Below the pieces are notes generated by a model, which worked only from the letters and a program-made list of their open reading frames with translations, did not search any database and was not told where the DNA came from. The position numbers and the translations under genes were made by a program. Below, in pieces: positions 11,731-26,041 of a stretch of DNA of 64,000 nt (its first letter is position 1; each line of letters starts with the position of its first letter). Origin of the DNA: Spongospora subterranea f. sp. subterranea (Eukaryota); assembly GCA_049724395.1 (NCBI GenBank), contig JAUGWO010000042.1, forward strand, positions 186,001 through 250,000, given 5' to 3'.

Positions 11731-12623
11731 GTTGAAGGTTCTTGCTACAGAGTTGTGTACCACTTAACATTGTGCTCAAATCCGACATACTGTAGCTGTC
11801 AAAAACGAAGTTGTTGTAGCTGCAAAATTGGCAAAAGCTCACACCCTGGCGACGCAGTTTGAAAAACAAATAATACTTCATCTGTTTTATCAGCTTTTAC
11901 ACACCTCCGCGAGCCTAAAAGTTGACTATACACATCAAAATGACAGATGAAGTAGATTATGCCAGCTGAAATGGGTTTTGGGTCTGGTGCAGGATTTTAG
12001 TAGCAAACGCTCAATGTTTATGTTTAGAGTATACAAAGAAGCTGCCACGAAACAACTCTGCTTTTAAACAGGGTAATGTTCAAGGTCTTCGAACCACCTT
12101 GGTCATTGGAACGAGGACAATATTTCGATAAGGTTTTGTTTCATTTGAAAAAATATCGTGGGCCCCTGAGGTTTGAGATAATTCTAAATCTTAAAACTAT
12201 CAACGACGAGATTTAGATTTTGGATCTCAGTTAAAATTGTAAAAATCATCAGTTAATGCTGAATTTTCTATGGATTGAATGAAGATAGAAGTGGTTTCCT
12301 ACACCGGAGATATGATAACTGTTGGATTAGTATGAGCTTTTCTGTGCTCGATGGATTTTTCTTCAAGCCCTATTAACTGCCCAAAACTCGGAATTCAGAG
12401 GGTTAGCGAAGAAACCAACCAGAAAAAAGACCAACAGGAGTCCATCTCCTGCCGTCAAAAGCTCTGTATACCGTACTTCTGAGTGTGTAAACTGTGTGGG
12501 CAAGCAGCAAGCTGCCGCTGCCTTGAATCGCTCATGTACAGTGTATGCATGGTCGCCGTCAGATCATTGGAGCACCGATACCGCCGCCGACAGACTGGTT
12601 TCTCGAGGTTTGATACAAGAACA

Positions 12624-13682
12624 TGCCAAGCCATAGGTAAAAACTCCCTGTTAGTCGTGTTTTGTCAGGAATTCCAGTTTTTATTCATTGTTCTTTCTTC
12701 TTGTGATTCTGTGTAGAGATTCAATAAAGAGACGTTCGCTCTCGCCAGTTTATCGTCGTCAATCATCATCGTAAGTCCGTCTTTCAATTTTCCTTCGTAA
12801 ATCCATCTTGTGATTCGCATTTATAATGATCTTGCCTATTCGACAGAAAAAAAAGGATTTCAGTGTTTGGCCTCAAGTTGTTGTTTTCTGATTGATTATA
12901 GGCTCCGTCACCGATCGCCGTCCCCTTTCAGTAGTGAATCTTCCCGTGGTAGAAGGTCGCGCTATAAGCACGTTTGTTGCTTTTCTTGCTAAACTATCAA
13001 CTCAGTCTGTCAAGAGAAGCGAGCAGAAGGGAGAAAAAGGAAGCAAAGCTACGGAAAAAGAAGGAAAAACATGAAAGAAAAAAGCATACTTCGTTGAATG
13101 ACCGTTGGGGAAAGTACGTTGTTAACAAATATGTGCAAGTTTGAAGTAATGTGCCATCACAGATACGGCATTATTCGCATCGCCGATAAATTCAGCAAAT
13201 TGAATGAGTTTGAAGAATGGCTTCTCGAAGTGAAAAATCAACCTCGTGCCGAATTATCAACGATTCAAGAAAATGATGTTTTTGCCGAGTTTATGGAAGA
13301 TTACAATACAGCTACACTTCCTCACAAGGTATGCAATCAAAATTTTCGTTCCAATCTCTCAAACGCTCTAGTAGAAATACTATGATCTATCTGCTTGGGA
13401 GCAAAAGAAGGCTAAGAAAATTGCGAAAAAACAGTTGGGTAAGAAACCCAAAGAAGTAGCAGGTTTGCGAGACGAAGAGGCAATCAGGATTGAACGGCTT
13501 CATAAGCAGGAACAAAAGTTGCAAGAAGCCGAACATTTGCGTGTGCAAGCGTAAAATCTCTTTGATGGCTATTTTTGTTCGATATTCAATAGTTGAGCTT
13601 TAGGTTGATGCAGAATTTGAGAAAAGTTCACGGGACGCAGGAATTTGAAGATGCACAAAATCGTATTCGCGCTCAAAAATAA
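12624..13682 (+). CDS. Conserved RS/charge-rich nuclear protein (FMEDYNTATLPHKKYYDL family), multi-exon
   Basis: WGKYGIIR...EFEEWLLEVK...FAEFMEDYNTATLPHK|KYYDLSAWE. RS-rich short exons at the 5' end; stop TAA at 13680-13682. Confidence 0.8.
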
Positions 13683-13744
13683 AAACACCTTCAGTTTATA
13701 TAATTATCTCTGCATAAATATACGCTTATTGCTCTCTCCGTCGA

Positions 13745-16357
13745 TCATTTCAATGCATGAAATGCTTCCTGTTCCATTCGAGTTAGCCTCATTTCGATTT
13801 GGTCGTGCCATTCTTGATCAGTACTACTGATATCTGGTCGAAAATCTTCAAAATCAACGTATCTGGACGCAATTCAGTACAGAAAGCCCATACTATCGAA
13901 ACGTACCGTTGATATGAATCTTCCTGGATGTCGTTGCGGAAACTGGTTTGATTCTTTGGGTTCTGACCGCTTGCACTGGCATCTGTGCTATTGAAGGTTC
14001 GTGATTCACGTTTTTTTATATTTGCCCAAGGGTTCTTTAACGGTGTTGCACTCTTCTCATAGCTTGTAGATTTACTCTGCTCAATTGTTGTCGTGGGGCT
14101 AGATATATACAACCACCCTTGTTCGGCTGTCTGTCCAGAGACTTCATCGTCTACTTCGACGAATGGTATATGTGGTTTCAAATCTGGCGATTTTACTTCT
14201 GTTGACTCTGATTTTTCTGGTAGTTCAGGAAACGATGTGAGGTCGTCAAGGTTGTAATTCTCGTTGAATAATAAGCGGCGAGCTGCACTCGGGTATCGGG
14301 TTAAAGTGAAAACCGCGAGCCAGCGTTCAGCGAGCGGACGATATTTCCTTTCGCAATCACTTGATGTCATTATGGACTGAGTCACCCTAAAGGAATGGTG
14401 AGATTCTCGAGTTTTTAACAAGTTTAATATCCTCACCAAGGAGGAACCTTTTCAGTCTCCCCAATGAAATCACCAAGAAACACCCCAATCGCGTATTGTT
14501 TTTCTACATCAGTAACAGCATTTGAATAATATCTATACATGGTTGAGCTTTGCCACTAAACTACAACCTCCTTTACCGTTTAACTGCAGTGAGTGCATTT
14601 CCCACCATTTCAAACGTGGAAGGTTCCGGTCCCTTTTCAGTTTTTAAAGTATCCTTATGCATTGCACCAGAACCTGCGTATTGTTGCGCCTATTTTACAA
14701 TGAAACAAAAACACAGCAAAACCGATGACAAGTATTACTATTTGGTCTCCGTGCCTAACGAATAGATTTCTCAACACTTTGTCGAGCTCTGGATAATCGT
14801 TCAATTTCGCTTTCGGGTTGTTGATAGCGCCAATGGCAAACAACTGTCGGATAACAGTGGATTTTGCGATGCAAAACTGTGCAATATTTGTCCTATACCA
14901 TGTACTTGAGTCTCAGGTGGAAGGTAAACGTTTCAGTCACCTATCAAGGCAGTCAATGCAGTTAACCCGAACAACTCCTGATTGTTTCGAGTCAGGGCAC
15001 AATTGAGTTTGGGGAGTTCGGTACAGATGTTCGATGTCAGCGATCGAAAAAAAAGTTATTCTTGATTCAATATAGTCGAGAAGCATAGACATTTCGTTGA
15101 CAACATTAAGCTGACTGTCTCGAATTTGTAGCAAATCGAAACATTCTAAAGATAGACCATTATCGTTAAAAAGCGCTTTTCCAGACAACAAATCTATTGC
15201 TTCTTCAAATACAGGTCCAATCACCGTTTCTTGGGCGATAGTCTCTTTCTTCTTAATCAAGCTCAGACACGTAATGGGTAAACCAAATTCCGCTGCAAGT
15301 AAATTGAAATGCGTCTCCGTCGTCTGAAAACAACGGTTCCTTTTTAGTGATCTTGATCTCCGGCCTAGGACTAAACGGATCATCTTGACACCAGAACAAA
15401 GGTATTGATCCTCGCAACAGAACCAGTGAACTATACGAAGTAAACCTCCGATTATCATGTAAGCGCTGACGATGCCTTTGACCGACGATCAATTCAGTCA
15501 CAACATGGTTAGCAACGTAACCCCCTTTTGACAATCCTCTCCGGTTATATCGAGTTCCGGCAAATTGGCGAGAGCGTCGAGCCATCAGAGTGACATTGAT
15601 AGGTCGTCCAGAAATCAACAGGTTGTCTATTTGTGCAAAAAAACCATGAACAAGCGGAACAATCCAGTCACTAGCGCTGGGAAGAATGTCCAGCATTGAT
15701 TGCGCAAGAAAAAAGTTCCAAGTATAGTTGTCATCATACTGATGGATAGAGCTAACACTACGAGCTCGTTCTGAATTGAACTGTAATGACCTTGTAATAT
15801 CGTAGGAGTAACTAAAAAAGAAATCTCCACCAGTTAACTCAACACTACGAAATAGGTGTCGAATTCTCATGTGATCCTTGTTTGCAGCAGCTTCAGCTTG
15901 AAAAACCGCATTACCCATTGGGAGAAGACAAGTATCAGAAACAGAAAAAATTGGATGTCCTGCAATTTGGCCGAGTTTCTGAGATTTTGTAATGAAGAGC
16001 AAATACGAATGGCCGAGTATCGGCACTAATCCAAGCAAAGCATCCGCTCTACATCTAACTACTAATGGATCATCTGGAGAATTTGCAGAGATTGATGCGG
16101 TCAACTTGCGGACCATAGATATATCCAGAACCTGCGAATTCTCACTGATTGGTGGCTGAGGTGATGACCGTTTGACAGATAAAACTCGAAATCGGTCTGG
16201 TTCAGATAGGCTACCAACAATCACTTGGTGCTATAAGATTGTCAAATTTCTAGAATATTGCAAAGGCGTTTCTAACCTTCTTGTTCTCATATACAGTAAA
16301 GCGACGGTATATTGAGCTATGATCAACGCAGCCAGAGTAAGTTTCGCCCGGATTCAT
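13745..16357 (-). CDS. FIG4: SAC-domain phosphoinositide phosphatase (FIG4/SAC3-like), multi-exon, with an apparent +1 frameshift near 15327
   Basis: FFFSYSYDITRSLQ, ARRSRQFAGTRYNRRG, RGSIPLFW and catalytic RVNCIDCLDR(T). The N-terminal FTVYENK fits FIG4-type proteins. Confidence 0.88.
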
Positions 16358-16587
16358 CTTGATATATTTAGAACGAAAGGGTACAGCAGACAACACCCCG
16401 GAAAAACGGTCGTTATTGATGAAACTTGTAGAACATTCACACCGAACAGTTGATGAATGATCACGATCAACGATAGCTGTAGGTCCTCTATGTCTGTGTA
16501 TACGCTACACGTATAACACTGGGACAACCGGTTACAGTCCCCTCCGCATTACACAATCCTGATCATGCAATCAGGTCGACGCGAACG

Positions 16588-18510
16588 ATGGGCGTTCCGT
16601 ATTGGCGTCAAATATCATGTAGATCGTTGCGGCCATCGTAAATATCTGACGCGAGTACGGACGATCAGAAACAATGGAATTCGACAAAGACCATGAAAGT
16701 TGGGCCATTAAACCATCGAGTTGATGGGGATCCGCATTGGGCGAAATGCTCGCATTGGAGATCCGGACGATATGCCAAATGGCCTGTGGTCATCAAGGTC
16801 GGCCTTTGGCGCCAATCATCAATTAGCCACATTGATATAATCACATCAGGAGTGCTGACTCCTATAAATGTCCATATTTCATCAAAACTATTGTCGCAAA
16901 CCCGGACAATCGCCTCCAGAGAACTCGAAGTATCGTCATCAGGACTCGATCATAATTTACACGTCTCATTGGTCGAGCCAATTATTGCAGATGCGATAAT
17001 ACTTCAGATTGATGGATGTTATGAGATTTACGAAAATACGTACAATCAAGTATATCTGAAGCGCATACGATTGTTTGGATTTGTGCCTGATTTTGGGAAA
17101 GGCGTCAATTGTTCTGCATCACAGTTGATGGTCCATTCGTATGTCCGATTATTGTCTCAAACTGGTCCTCCCTTGGTGGATACGACCGTATCAGTGATCG
17201 ACGATTCATCTTCAACACGGCATATTGACGAAATTTTATCGGCCATCGGGTTGAACATTTTTGATAGCAAAACTCTAGGCCAAGTTGTCCCACCCGAATT
17301 GAAATTATTAGCTGATCATTGCACCACCCATTTGGGATATTTGAATAAGCGATGCCGCCAATGCGATAGGTTAAACTTAACACAAGAAGCTCAAATACTT
17401 CGCAATTCTATCAACACTCTATCTCAAATAGAATCAGAAGCGAGATCTGTAGAACAGGCACTTCGATTAGCAGTTCTCTTAAATGATTCGAAACAAGAAG
17501 CTACACTTAGAAATAACATATCGGATCTCATGGGGAAGGCCCTAGAGTTAACGTCAATGTTGGATAAGACAGATCCAGCCCGTCTTGATTTGTCGCAAAC
17601 AAAAGAAAACAAAGTAGGAGACGTTGTCACCTCTAAGGAGAGTATGGCTGGAATATCTGAGCTCAATGACTACCAAAATTCTAGCCTCATCGACAACAAC
17701 ATATCAGACACTATTGAGCCCCTATTTGAAATAATTGGTCGTGATACAGCTAGGTCTTTCCTGTCGAAGAGTACAACTATACGCCTGAATGCGCTGCAGC
17801 ATGCTCTACTATATGTAAAATCTCCCTCGAATCACTTCTCTAGTCACATTCGACTCGTTTTCTGCCGGACCATTGTTAAGCTGTTTATCAACGACGATTC
17901 AAATGATATTCGCCTTTTCCTGTTGACACTGGTTTGCTTGTTACCCACTAATGCTCGTGAAAACGTCTCATTAGCCGTGATACTTTGCAGCGATCGTTGC
18001 GAACGAATTCGCCACGATGCAGTTGAAGTCCTGCTATCTCATTGGCTGCGAAGTTCAAACCGCGTATTCATTGTCGAACAATTATCCTCCCCAATATTAG
18101 CAGCGCCTGATGATTGGCGCATATATTTGGGGCGATGTTATGCGATCAATGAAATCATTTGCCGGTACGGCTGCGGCGAGGGTTCGCACCTGAAGCTAGA
18201 AGACATAATGGCTGTCATTAGCCTTGCTCTCAAACATGGTCGTCAGTCTGTTCGCAGCGCAGCTGCTTCCGTTTGCAACCGCCTAGAAAGCCAGATACCT
18301 GCGTCAGAAATTGATCGGTATTTAGTTGATATAAATCCGTTGAAGATGTTGCCCGATATACCGGTCAGTTTCGGCAATGTCGATACATTATCACATTCGG
18401 CGTCGCAAATAAGAGACACGAACAGTGATGGTGTTGAACCAGTAACCAGTAATGACGGACCATCAAGTTTCAACGTCAAAACTCAAATATTAAAGTTGTG
18501 GTCGTTATAA
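16588..18510 (+). CDS. CEP104-like protein (jelly-roll N-terminal domain, coiled coil, TOG/HEAT region); start uncertain
   Basis: 605-aa ORF 16693..18510. WRSGRYAKWP and ENTYNQVYLKRIRLFG resemble the CEP104 N-terminal domain, followed by a coiled coil and HEAT-like repeats. Confidence 0.6.
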
Positions 18511-19180
18511 CATTGGAAAAAATTTCCAGCGAGTCAGGTGAATGGTTAACTAAATCTATGCTCGGCGATAACCCATCTGCACAACAATGTAGATAGCAGA
18601 AGTTTTAAAGAGACTTGTATCACCTTTTCGAACAAGTTTTGATCATTCATTGATTGTGGTTGGATCCGACCACTTTCTGAAGGAGATGCGGTGATCAAAT
18701 TCAGTCTAACAAGGGCCAAGATAGGACTTAGGCGCAAACATTGATTACCGCTGTACTGGCGGCCCTCCTTGCGACCAGACTGCATCATCATACGACGTCG
18801 GACGGTCGAGCAGAAGAAAGACGCTCTGCTCCAATCCGGACTATCATTTTGCTTTGCCCATACGAACAATGGCGCGTTCCTCATTCTGTCGAATACGCTC
18901 TTGACTTAAAAAACGTCTGTCCTGTCTTCAGAAGCGCCCATTGAGTAGTTGAACAGCGGCAATGCCAGACATTTCCAGTTTTCCTACCAACATGTCAGGA
19001 ACCAAAAGTATGCAGGCTGCCTGCAATGGGGTATACCAAAAGCACGTACATAAAAGTCTATAGACTTATCATTTTCATCAGCTTTCACTGACCTCAAGCG
19101 AAGAAAAGTTGCAATTCTGATGTTCCGCACAACATGATATGCCACAAAATCATGGAGAGGTCCCCTCGTCCGCGTTCCAC

Positions 19181-19279
19181 GGATTATTGCTCATATTGCC
19201 TGGCAAAGCCGGGATTATTTTGGTCATATTGCCTGTCAAAGCCGGGATTATTTTGGTCATATTGCCTGGCAAAGCCGGC
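19181..19279. repeat. Three tandem ~33-bp units (ggattattttggtcatattgcctggcaaagccg)
   Basis: Read directly; the first unit is slightly shorter. Confidence 0.85.
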
Positions 19280-19573
19280 ACACCCAACTCGTCATTGAGG
19301 TGCCCCATTGGGGTGTCCTAGTGGGTTGAGTCCTTGTCGCACTATGATCCATTCACTGTCAATTATTGCCACGACTAGACTCATCTCGATTAGGCGCGTC
19401 GTGTCCAGAACTTCCCGATATCTTTCAACTTCAATCGATGATGTAATCAACTGTGGTATATACAGTGTTCGTTTACTCACCGTTCCAAAATTGATCAGAC
19501 GTCGTCCAAAGATGAGAAGGTTTGGCAATTGAAAAAGCAATTGTATCAGGATAATAAGGACCGCATAAGCAGT

Positions 19574-20118
19574 ATGAGACAGCAGCGTGTCCTTGTGGCT
19601 GGCTTAAGCGGTCTGCCTGTGTCACACTTTTCAAAAAAGAAAACATATGGGTTTACTGTCCCTCAACTATTAAAACAGCTCGATGAAAATCGAACGATCA
19701 ATGTTCGTGTATTTAAACTTGGCGAAGTCTCAACGCTCTGTAATTTTTTGGTTCGGATTCCATATTTTGAAAAAAAGTAGTCTGTTAACACTCTCTTCCA
19801 CAGGTCGTAGCGTCCACTGCGTCAAACCGTCATATCCAGGCTGTCGCTCAAAATGTTGCAAGGGAAGCTCGACTCAAAAATGCCGGCTGTGTAGACCCTT
19901 CATTCACATTTCAAGTCGAAGGTGAAGCTAGCGACGAATGGATGTGCTTAGACATGGGATCAATTGTACTGCATTTGATGAGCGATCATGCACGTCAAGT
20001 CAACGATATCGAGTCGATGTACCGCGATTACCAAATATATGGTGACCCATTACCTCCATCACAAATAGGCGCCGAGACTGAAGACGGCGATGAACCTCAA
20101 TATAGAGCCATCCCATAA
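19574..20118 (+). CDS. MALSU1: Ribosome silencing factor RsfS/Iojap family, probably mitochondrial (MALSU1-like), 2 exons
   Basis: Spliced: ...CNFL|VVASTASNRHIQAVA...VEGEASDEWMCLDMGSIVLHLMSDHARQVNDIE. The exon 2 frame is absent from the ORF track. The N-terminus is basic and targeting-like. Confidence 0.85.
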
Positions 20119-20266
20119 TTCGAAAAATTAAATAATTTCAATTTATGTCGGAGTCCATTTTGCGGAGTTGTAGGATGATAGGAGATATAGGTCCGGAAGT
20201 TGTGAGACAAGGAAAAAGAAGAACCGATTCAAGCAGCGGAAAGCCGACTTACATCAGCTGACATAA

Positions 20267-20712
20267 ATGGCTTCGGTAACTACTCTTGCGAAATTTGTTT
20301 CTGCAGAGCAAGTTTAATATGAGCAGGCAACGGAGGCTTCGAACGTCTACACCCGATATCAAGAAGAAGCATGGGAATTGAACCGTGTTGAGACACTGCT
20401 TTCAAACAAAATCGCAACAATTCGACGCAATCGCCTAACATTAGAAGAGATTAGCATTATCTCTCAAGACAATCCGTCATTTGTTTCAATTGGAAGAATG
20501 TTAGAATGTGCATTTTTTTTAAGTAAACGACATTTACGTTTGTTTTCAGGTTCCTTCAGCAGCCACTTCCCACCATTCAAGCAGACATCCATTCTGCCAA
20601 TTCCAATCTTGAGGAAGAGGCAGGGAAGCTGGAATCAACGCGTACATATCTTCAGCGATCGGTGAAGGAGCGTAAGGATGCATATGATGAATTAATACGA
20701 TCTATGTCGTAG
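20267..20712 (+). CDS. PFDN1: Prefoldin beta-type subunit (PFDN1-like), 3 exons
   Basis: RRNRLTLEEI...FVSIGRM|FLQQP...TYLQRSVKE...ELIRSMS*. Confidence 0.75.
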
Positions 20713-21363
20713 AGTTACCTCAATAAAAGCTCCATGAAACTCGTTTTTTCCGTGAATATCTCTGGACATTTCAAAGGCACGTTGATTCCATCTTAATTTC
20801 AAAATGCAGTGTTGTCAAGAGTGGCATCTGATCAACTTAATCTTTGTCTATAACCTAAACTTCTCTGAATAAAAACCGTTCAGATCAGACTCGGTTCATG
20901 GTTTTGGGATGCGTTGAACCGTGTGCCGCTTTTCATACAGTAATTCGCGAGTCATGATCTGGAAAGGGAAACGCATCGGCTTGCCAAAGGCAGCTGACTG
21001 TCTGTACACTCTGTACCTACGGTATTCGGCCGATCCGCTGACTGACTGCATGCTACCCTACTTTTTGTTACTCCTACACTCTGTGATGGGTGTGAGGACA
21101 CTGCGCGGGGATTATCAAAGAAGCTGCCATTCGAGCGTGAACGACTTCCAGTTAACATTCTCAGTATAATACGTGTTGTTTACACTCACGACCACATGTG
21201 TATCCACTAGATCGACAGAATAGTCTCTTTGCAATATATGGAAATCAGTACTGGTGACGATCCCCTGCTGTACAATCTTTTTCTAAATTCTGCGTACCTT
21301 GTTCTTTCGGACTAACCAATTTTTCATTGAAAAACACTCCAGCTATGGCTACAACTGCCTCTA

Positions 21364-21972
21364 TTGCAATTGATAAATCATGGTTTGCTGGTGACCAATA
21401 ATATTGTAGGAAAAGGGAACCTTAAACTCCAAAGCACACCACTCAATAATGGTTCTTCAATCTCTGAGGTTAACGCTCAACCTGCGCAAGACCGAATTGC
21501 AAATAATGCCAGACTCGCACTCGAAGATGAAAATTTTGTGGCGATAACTGCGCCTCGCCGGGGAAAGCGTACAAGATATACTGGCGATGAAAACGAAGAA
21601 AGGTCGATACCTGCACCTTTGTTGTCGAAATCGCCCGCCAACACATCGAATAATTTGGATGAAGAATGGAAAGAAATCGGAAGAGCCATTTTAAAGGCAA
21701 GAAAAACAGCAAACCGATTGATGCACAAGAAGATGATTCATAATCGTCGGACAATGGAGAACCTTCGCGTAACTCTCAAGGAAAAAGATCAGCTATTAAA
21801 GCAATTCAAGGTCATGTGGATGGAAGAAAAGGCAAAAAATCAGCAGCTTTGGAACAGACTGCATGTATTTGAAGCGGAGCTTCATTCAATGGCCCGCCCA
21901 CTGAAACTTGCAATTCATCTTCACGATATACCTAAAGAAATTCCTGCACACGATCAAGCGAAGTTTTTATAG
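21364..21972 (+). CDS. Hypothetical protein with C-terminal coiled coil; 5' exons may start at ~21238
   Basis: 202-aa ORF with an NLS-like PRRGKR and a heptad-rich C-terminal half. Confidence 0.55.
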   Translation: MQLINHGLLVTNNIVGKGNLKLQSTPLNNGSSISEVNAQPAQDRIANNARLALEDENFVAITAPRRGKRTRYTGDENEERSIPAPLLSKSPANTSNNLDEEWKEIGRAILKARKTANRLMHKKMIHNRRTMENLRVTLKEKDQLLKQFKVMWMEEKAKNQQLWNRLHVFEAELHSMARPLKLAIHLHDIPKEIPAHDQAKFL

Positions 21973-22883
21973 CGAGCATATATAGAACAAATAAACTCGA
22001 CGGATTTCGCGAACCCGTATACAACCTTTTGTAAATTTGGACGAGCCAGAGATGAGAGATGTCAGATGTAACACTGGTTGATTTGCGCGACTACAGTACC
22101 GGTAGGTATAGTCAACTACGCGTAGGCGTGTACAGTCACCGTCCAGATAAAAATAGATTTCCAGGAAGTGCGTCACCAACAAAAAACAGATGGCGCAATA
22201 ATTCTACCAGTTCGAGGCATTAGCAAAGTCCGATGCTTCATTCGTCGAATCGTCGTCAGCCTTTGATCTCGGGTTCTCACATAACAGACCTGGTGCCCAG
22301 ATTTGAGAAGACCAACAATACCGGATATTATATACTTGAAGTGTGCAAGTTCAAACCGAGTGGCAATTCTTCTTAATTGCTCGGATTTGCACAACGGCAT
22401 TGTCAATACGCAGGTCATTTTCAACTCTAGTTAAAATGCTTAAAAAAATGGATATATTGTTAATATTCAAACATCCGCGGCTTGGCAAGTCAGTTAGCGA
22501 AATCAATAACGAAATTTAATTCCCTCCATACGGCTCTGATCGACCACAATCACTCTAATTCGCTTCCATTTCTAACAGTCATCTAAATGGAGAAACCTTC
22601 AACTCCACCGTGCTCTGAGCACTGACGAAGAACAATTTGAGACCATTATAAAGGAGAATCGAAAAAGAAGAAACACTTGCGCGGTTTGGCATGAGTCATA
22701 CGGAAATCCACGTGTAACTGGACGGTCATGATATGACAAAGAAGGAACGAATTGTTAATATGTAATAACATCGGCGTTGATCCAGCTGAGCATCCTCATC
22801 CATGATCCTGAAATACGTACCCACCATGTTGAAACTGAAGGCGATGTAGTCGGTCCGGCTCGCGCTCCGTCACGCAGGTTCTG

Positions 22884-23700
22884 ATGAATAAATCTACTTC
22901 TCTGGACAAGCTGCCAGACATGCCGGAAGAGCGGGAGGAGGCATCAACGACAGAACCCGCACACATGTTAGACGCGGAACTAGACGAAGAGATTAGGCGT
23001 TTGGAGCGTCACCAGAAAATCGAACGACTCCAGCAGCTACGATCTACAACAACCACCATATTAACCGGACCAGAACCACCAGGATATGCCTTCGACAAGG
23101 TCGATATCCCCAAATTTGATGGAAAAGACAGCAACTTCCATTTTTGAGTCCAGAACGCGGCCCTATATCTCCATGCGAAGGACTTAGGTGGTATTGTCGG
23201 GTTGACACAGACGGGCGCCCGTCTGAAGCTCTGCCCGAAGTTAATACCAAGGCTCAGTTCAGTCAAGATCTATATGCCGTGGACAGTGTAACCAGTTGGC
23301 GAGCCGAGCAGCAACCACGACTTGGAGGGAGGAAAAAACAAAACTCCGACATGCAGGGTCGCAGCCTCGCGACTACAGCACCAAGTTCGCCCGTGCTGAA
23401 GGTAAATAAACTGTCTTTGTTACAGCGGTCATGCATGTATCTATCGAGAATTTATATCATCTTGAAGTGGATCAGGTTCTTGTTCCTATCAGGGTCTTCA
23501 TACGACAGCAACATGTCTTCGACTTTGCTGCTGACAATTGTCAGCGAATGCGAGACCTTCTACAGGAAATTCATAAAAAGCTTCACACCATCGCAGAGCG
23601 TCAAGCATTAGCAATATCATCAAACAAAACAGCGTTACCTGTTTTGATGAAGGGTTGGTAGGCCTTGACTCCTGTTTTCGCGATAAGTAAATTCCTCTCA
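22884..23700 (+). mobile_element. Degenerate LTR-retrotransposon relic (gag-like and post-integrase-like fragments)
   Basis: KVDIPKFDGKDSNF is typical of retrotransposon gag. Broken downstream frames include MRDLLQEIHKKLHTIAERQ. Confidence 0.5.
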
Positions 23701-24207
23701 ATTCAGCTCCGACTTTCATGTGCACGTATACCGTCGAACAGGTAATATGTTAGTTTGCGTAGTTTCCTTCAATTGTAAAATTTATTTTCCTTAGACGGAG
23801 CAAGAATACCGATTATCGGTAATCTCCATACTGTTTCATTCATTTCGTCGTATAAATTTGCAATGTCAAATCAGGGTTCAAAAGGGCGGATTCCTCTAGC
23901 TCTTTGCAAAGACTCGATCATTGTTTATGCGATTCCTGCAGGCGAGCCAATGTCTTTGCTTCCGCCGTGTGATCGGTCGACACTAATAACTGAATCTTTT
24001 GTTGCGTTCTAGCTCACCACTTCCACAAGTTGCTTTTGAACATGATCAAAAACAAATTGAACCAGTGAGGCATCGACAAGTTTACATGGTTAATTGAGGG
24101 CATCGTTTTTGTATGATTAATGGTCATTTTTAAATGACGTCTGATTCGGTTTCGGATTCATGCCTTAGCATTCTTAACCCGGTTTTCGAGTCGTCTATGG
24201 TGATGGA

Positions 24208-26041
24208 TTAAATCATGACATTTGTGAAGAGTCCCATAGGCTTCCTTTCATATTGTAGCATTGATCCATAAACATGATCAGCAATTCCAATGAACAGCGT
24301 CCTTCCGTCGTCGCTGATGTCGAATCCAGCCATTTCTCCAAAAAAGTCGATCTGCTGACTTGTCGACATGTCGTTTTTGCAATCGTATATATGGACAAAA
24401 TCTGCAGCTTCTCCCACAATCAGGTGTTCTCCAGCCGTACTAAACTTCACAGAGCGTATTGCCGATAATCTAGCTCCCAATATTTTGACACTCGTAGTGG
24501 GATTTCTTAGGTCCCATACTCGACATGTTCTGTCAATTGTCCACCATCAAATCAGATCCTGGTGCAATCAATTCAATGATGACTAACCTATCCTGGTTGC
24601 CAGTAGCCAACTGAAATCCATTTGGGTGCCAGGAACTGGCGAATGAGAAGTCTTGATGTCCCATCAGCCTGGTCACAACCTTTCCTGATCGCTGATCTGC
24701 TACTTCCCCGACGGTATTATCGCCAACCATACACAGTAGTTCTCCGGTATTTGATGCAGTGCAATGCTATAAAATTTCACTTCAGCTGCCTAATCTCTTA
24801 CTTCCACATCAAACGTTCCTACATTGATTGCCCAATCGAAATCGTATCGCCGCTTTTGTTGCATCGTGACAATATCGAGGGTGTCAACGAAGTTGTCATT
24901 ATTGGCGCAAACCACCATGTCGTTCGTAGTTGCAATGGAATTGGATATGGAGTTATCTGCATTCGTAAGACGGGATTCATGCCTGATCTGCAATGTACCC
25001 ATATTCTGGACAATCAGTTCGCCATGAAATCCGCCCTAATTGTAATGTTTGAGCTGACTTCAACCTGATCGTGAACTCAGCAGAACTAACCACATAGAGG
25101 AATTGGTTACGGTGATGAATTGTGCTGATTGGGATATGGTCATGAATATCAGATCCGGTTAGGTCCAAGATTGTATCCACCGTATTAGAGAGGATGTTGC
25201 AACGGTTCACACAATTTCCATCTAAAATCCCCATTATTATTTGAAATGCCCCGCTTGTAATAAATAGATCAACTCACTCATGGATAACACTGAATGGTTC
25301 GATAATGCAGATACCAGGTGACGTAATTGGAAATGCAATATAGATGGGGTTGCTCGGCGAATATTCCTAGCAAATTTCATCGATGTGTTTGTCGGTTTGA
25401 CCTGGTGTAAATCCTAATAACTGTGGGTTAGAATATCACTAACAGATATCTATCGGGTTTGTAGTTGAACCCATCATGGTAATCTGACCCGTTTGTTAAC
25501 AGGCGTATAGAATATTTCTTGGCTATCGAACTGCTGATATTTCTCCATCCTGGTTTTCCTATAACTCTCTCGAGTCATTGATAATGAAGACCAATTGATA
25601 CCTGGACATCATGGAAAGTTCATTTGATCAATGGGGAGGTCCTTTTACCCTGTATTCGTATGAGCTCACCTTGAACGTCGCCGATGGTTTGAGCGGCTAA
25701 TGCAGTGATATCAGGAGCGTCTCTGATGGAATCAATACCAGATAACGAATATAGTTGAGATGGCCATGGACTTGAATTGGCTGTCTAAATATCAGGAGTT
25801 AGATGATGATATTCCCCAAATCCCATAATACCATATTCACCTCCTCTATTGGATTATTGATTATCGAATGAGATCGCTGTGGTGGATCATCAGGGATCTG
25901 AGAACTGGAACTATATTGTAAATCCAATTGACGAGTTCTTAAGGGCTCATGGACAGCGCTGGGATTATTATCTCTGGTCCCGTTTGACTTCTTCGACACA
26001 TGCGAGCGAAGCAATCTGGCTCCAATCCCAGCGAGATACAT
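24208..26041 (-). CDS. WD40-repeat protein (DUF2415 / S. pombe C2A9.03-like), multi-exon
   Basis: HFQLRHLV, GHQDFSFASSWHPNGFQLATGNQD, AIRSVKFS...GEAADFVHIYD, QQIDFFGEMAG. Confidence 0.85.

Noticed and set aside
16588..16693. In-frame TAA upstream of the CEP104-like ORF (and at 51252) as a sign of a non-standard genetic code
   Set aside because: TAA, TAG and TGA all terminate conserved genes at expected positions (PSMA2, prefoldin, PIG-B), and an intron can remove the TAA near 16640.
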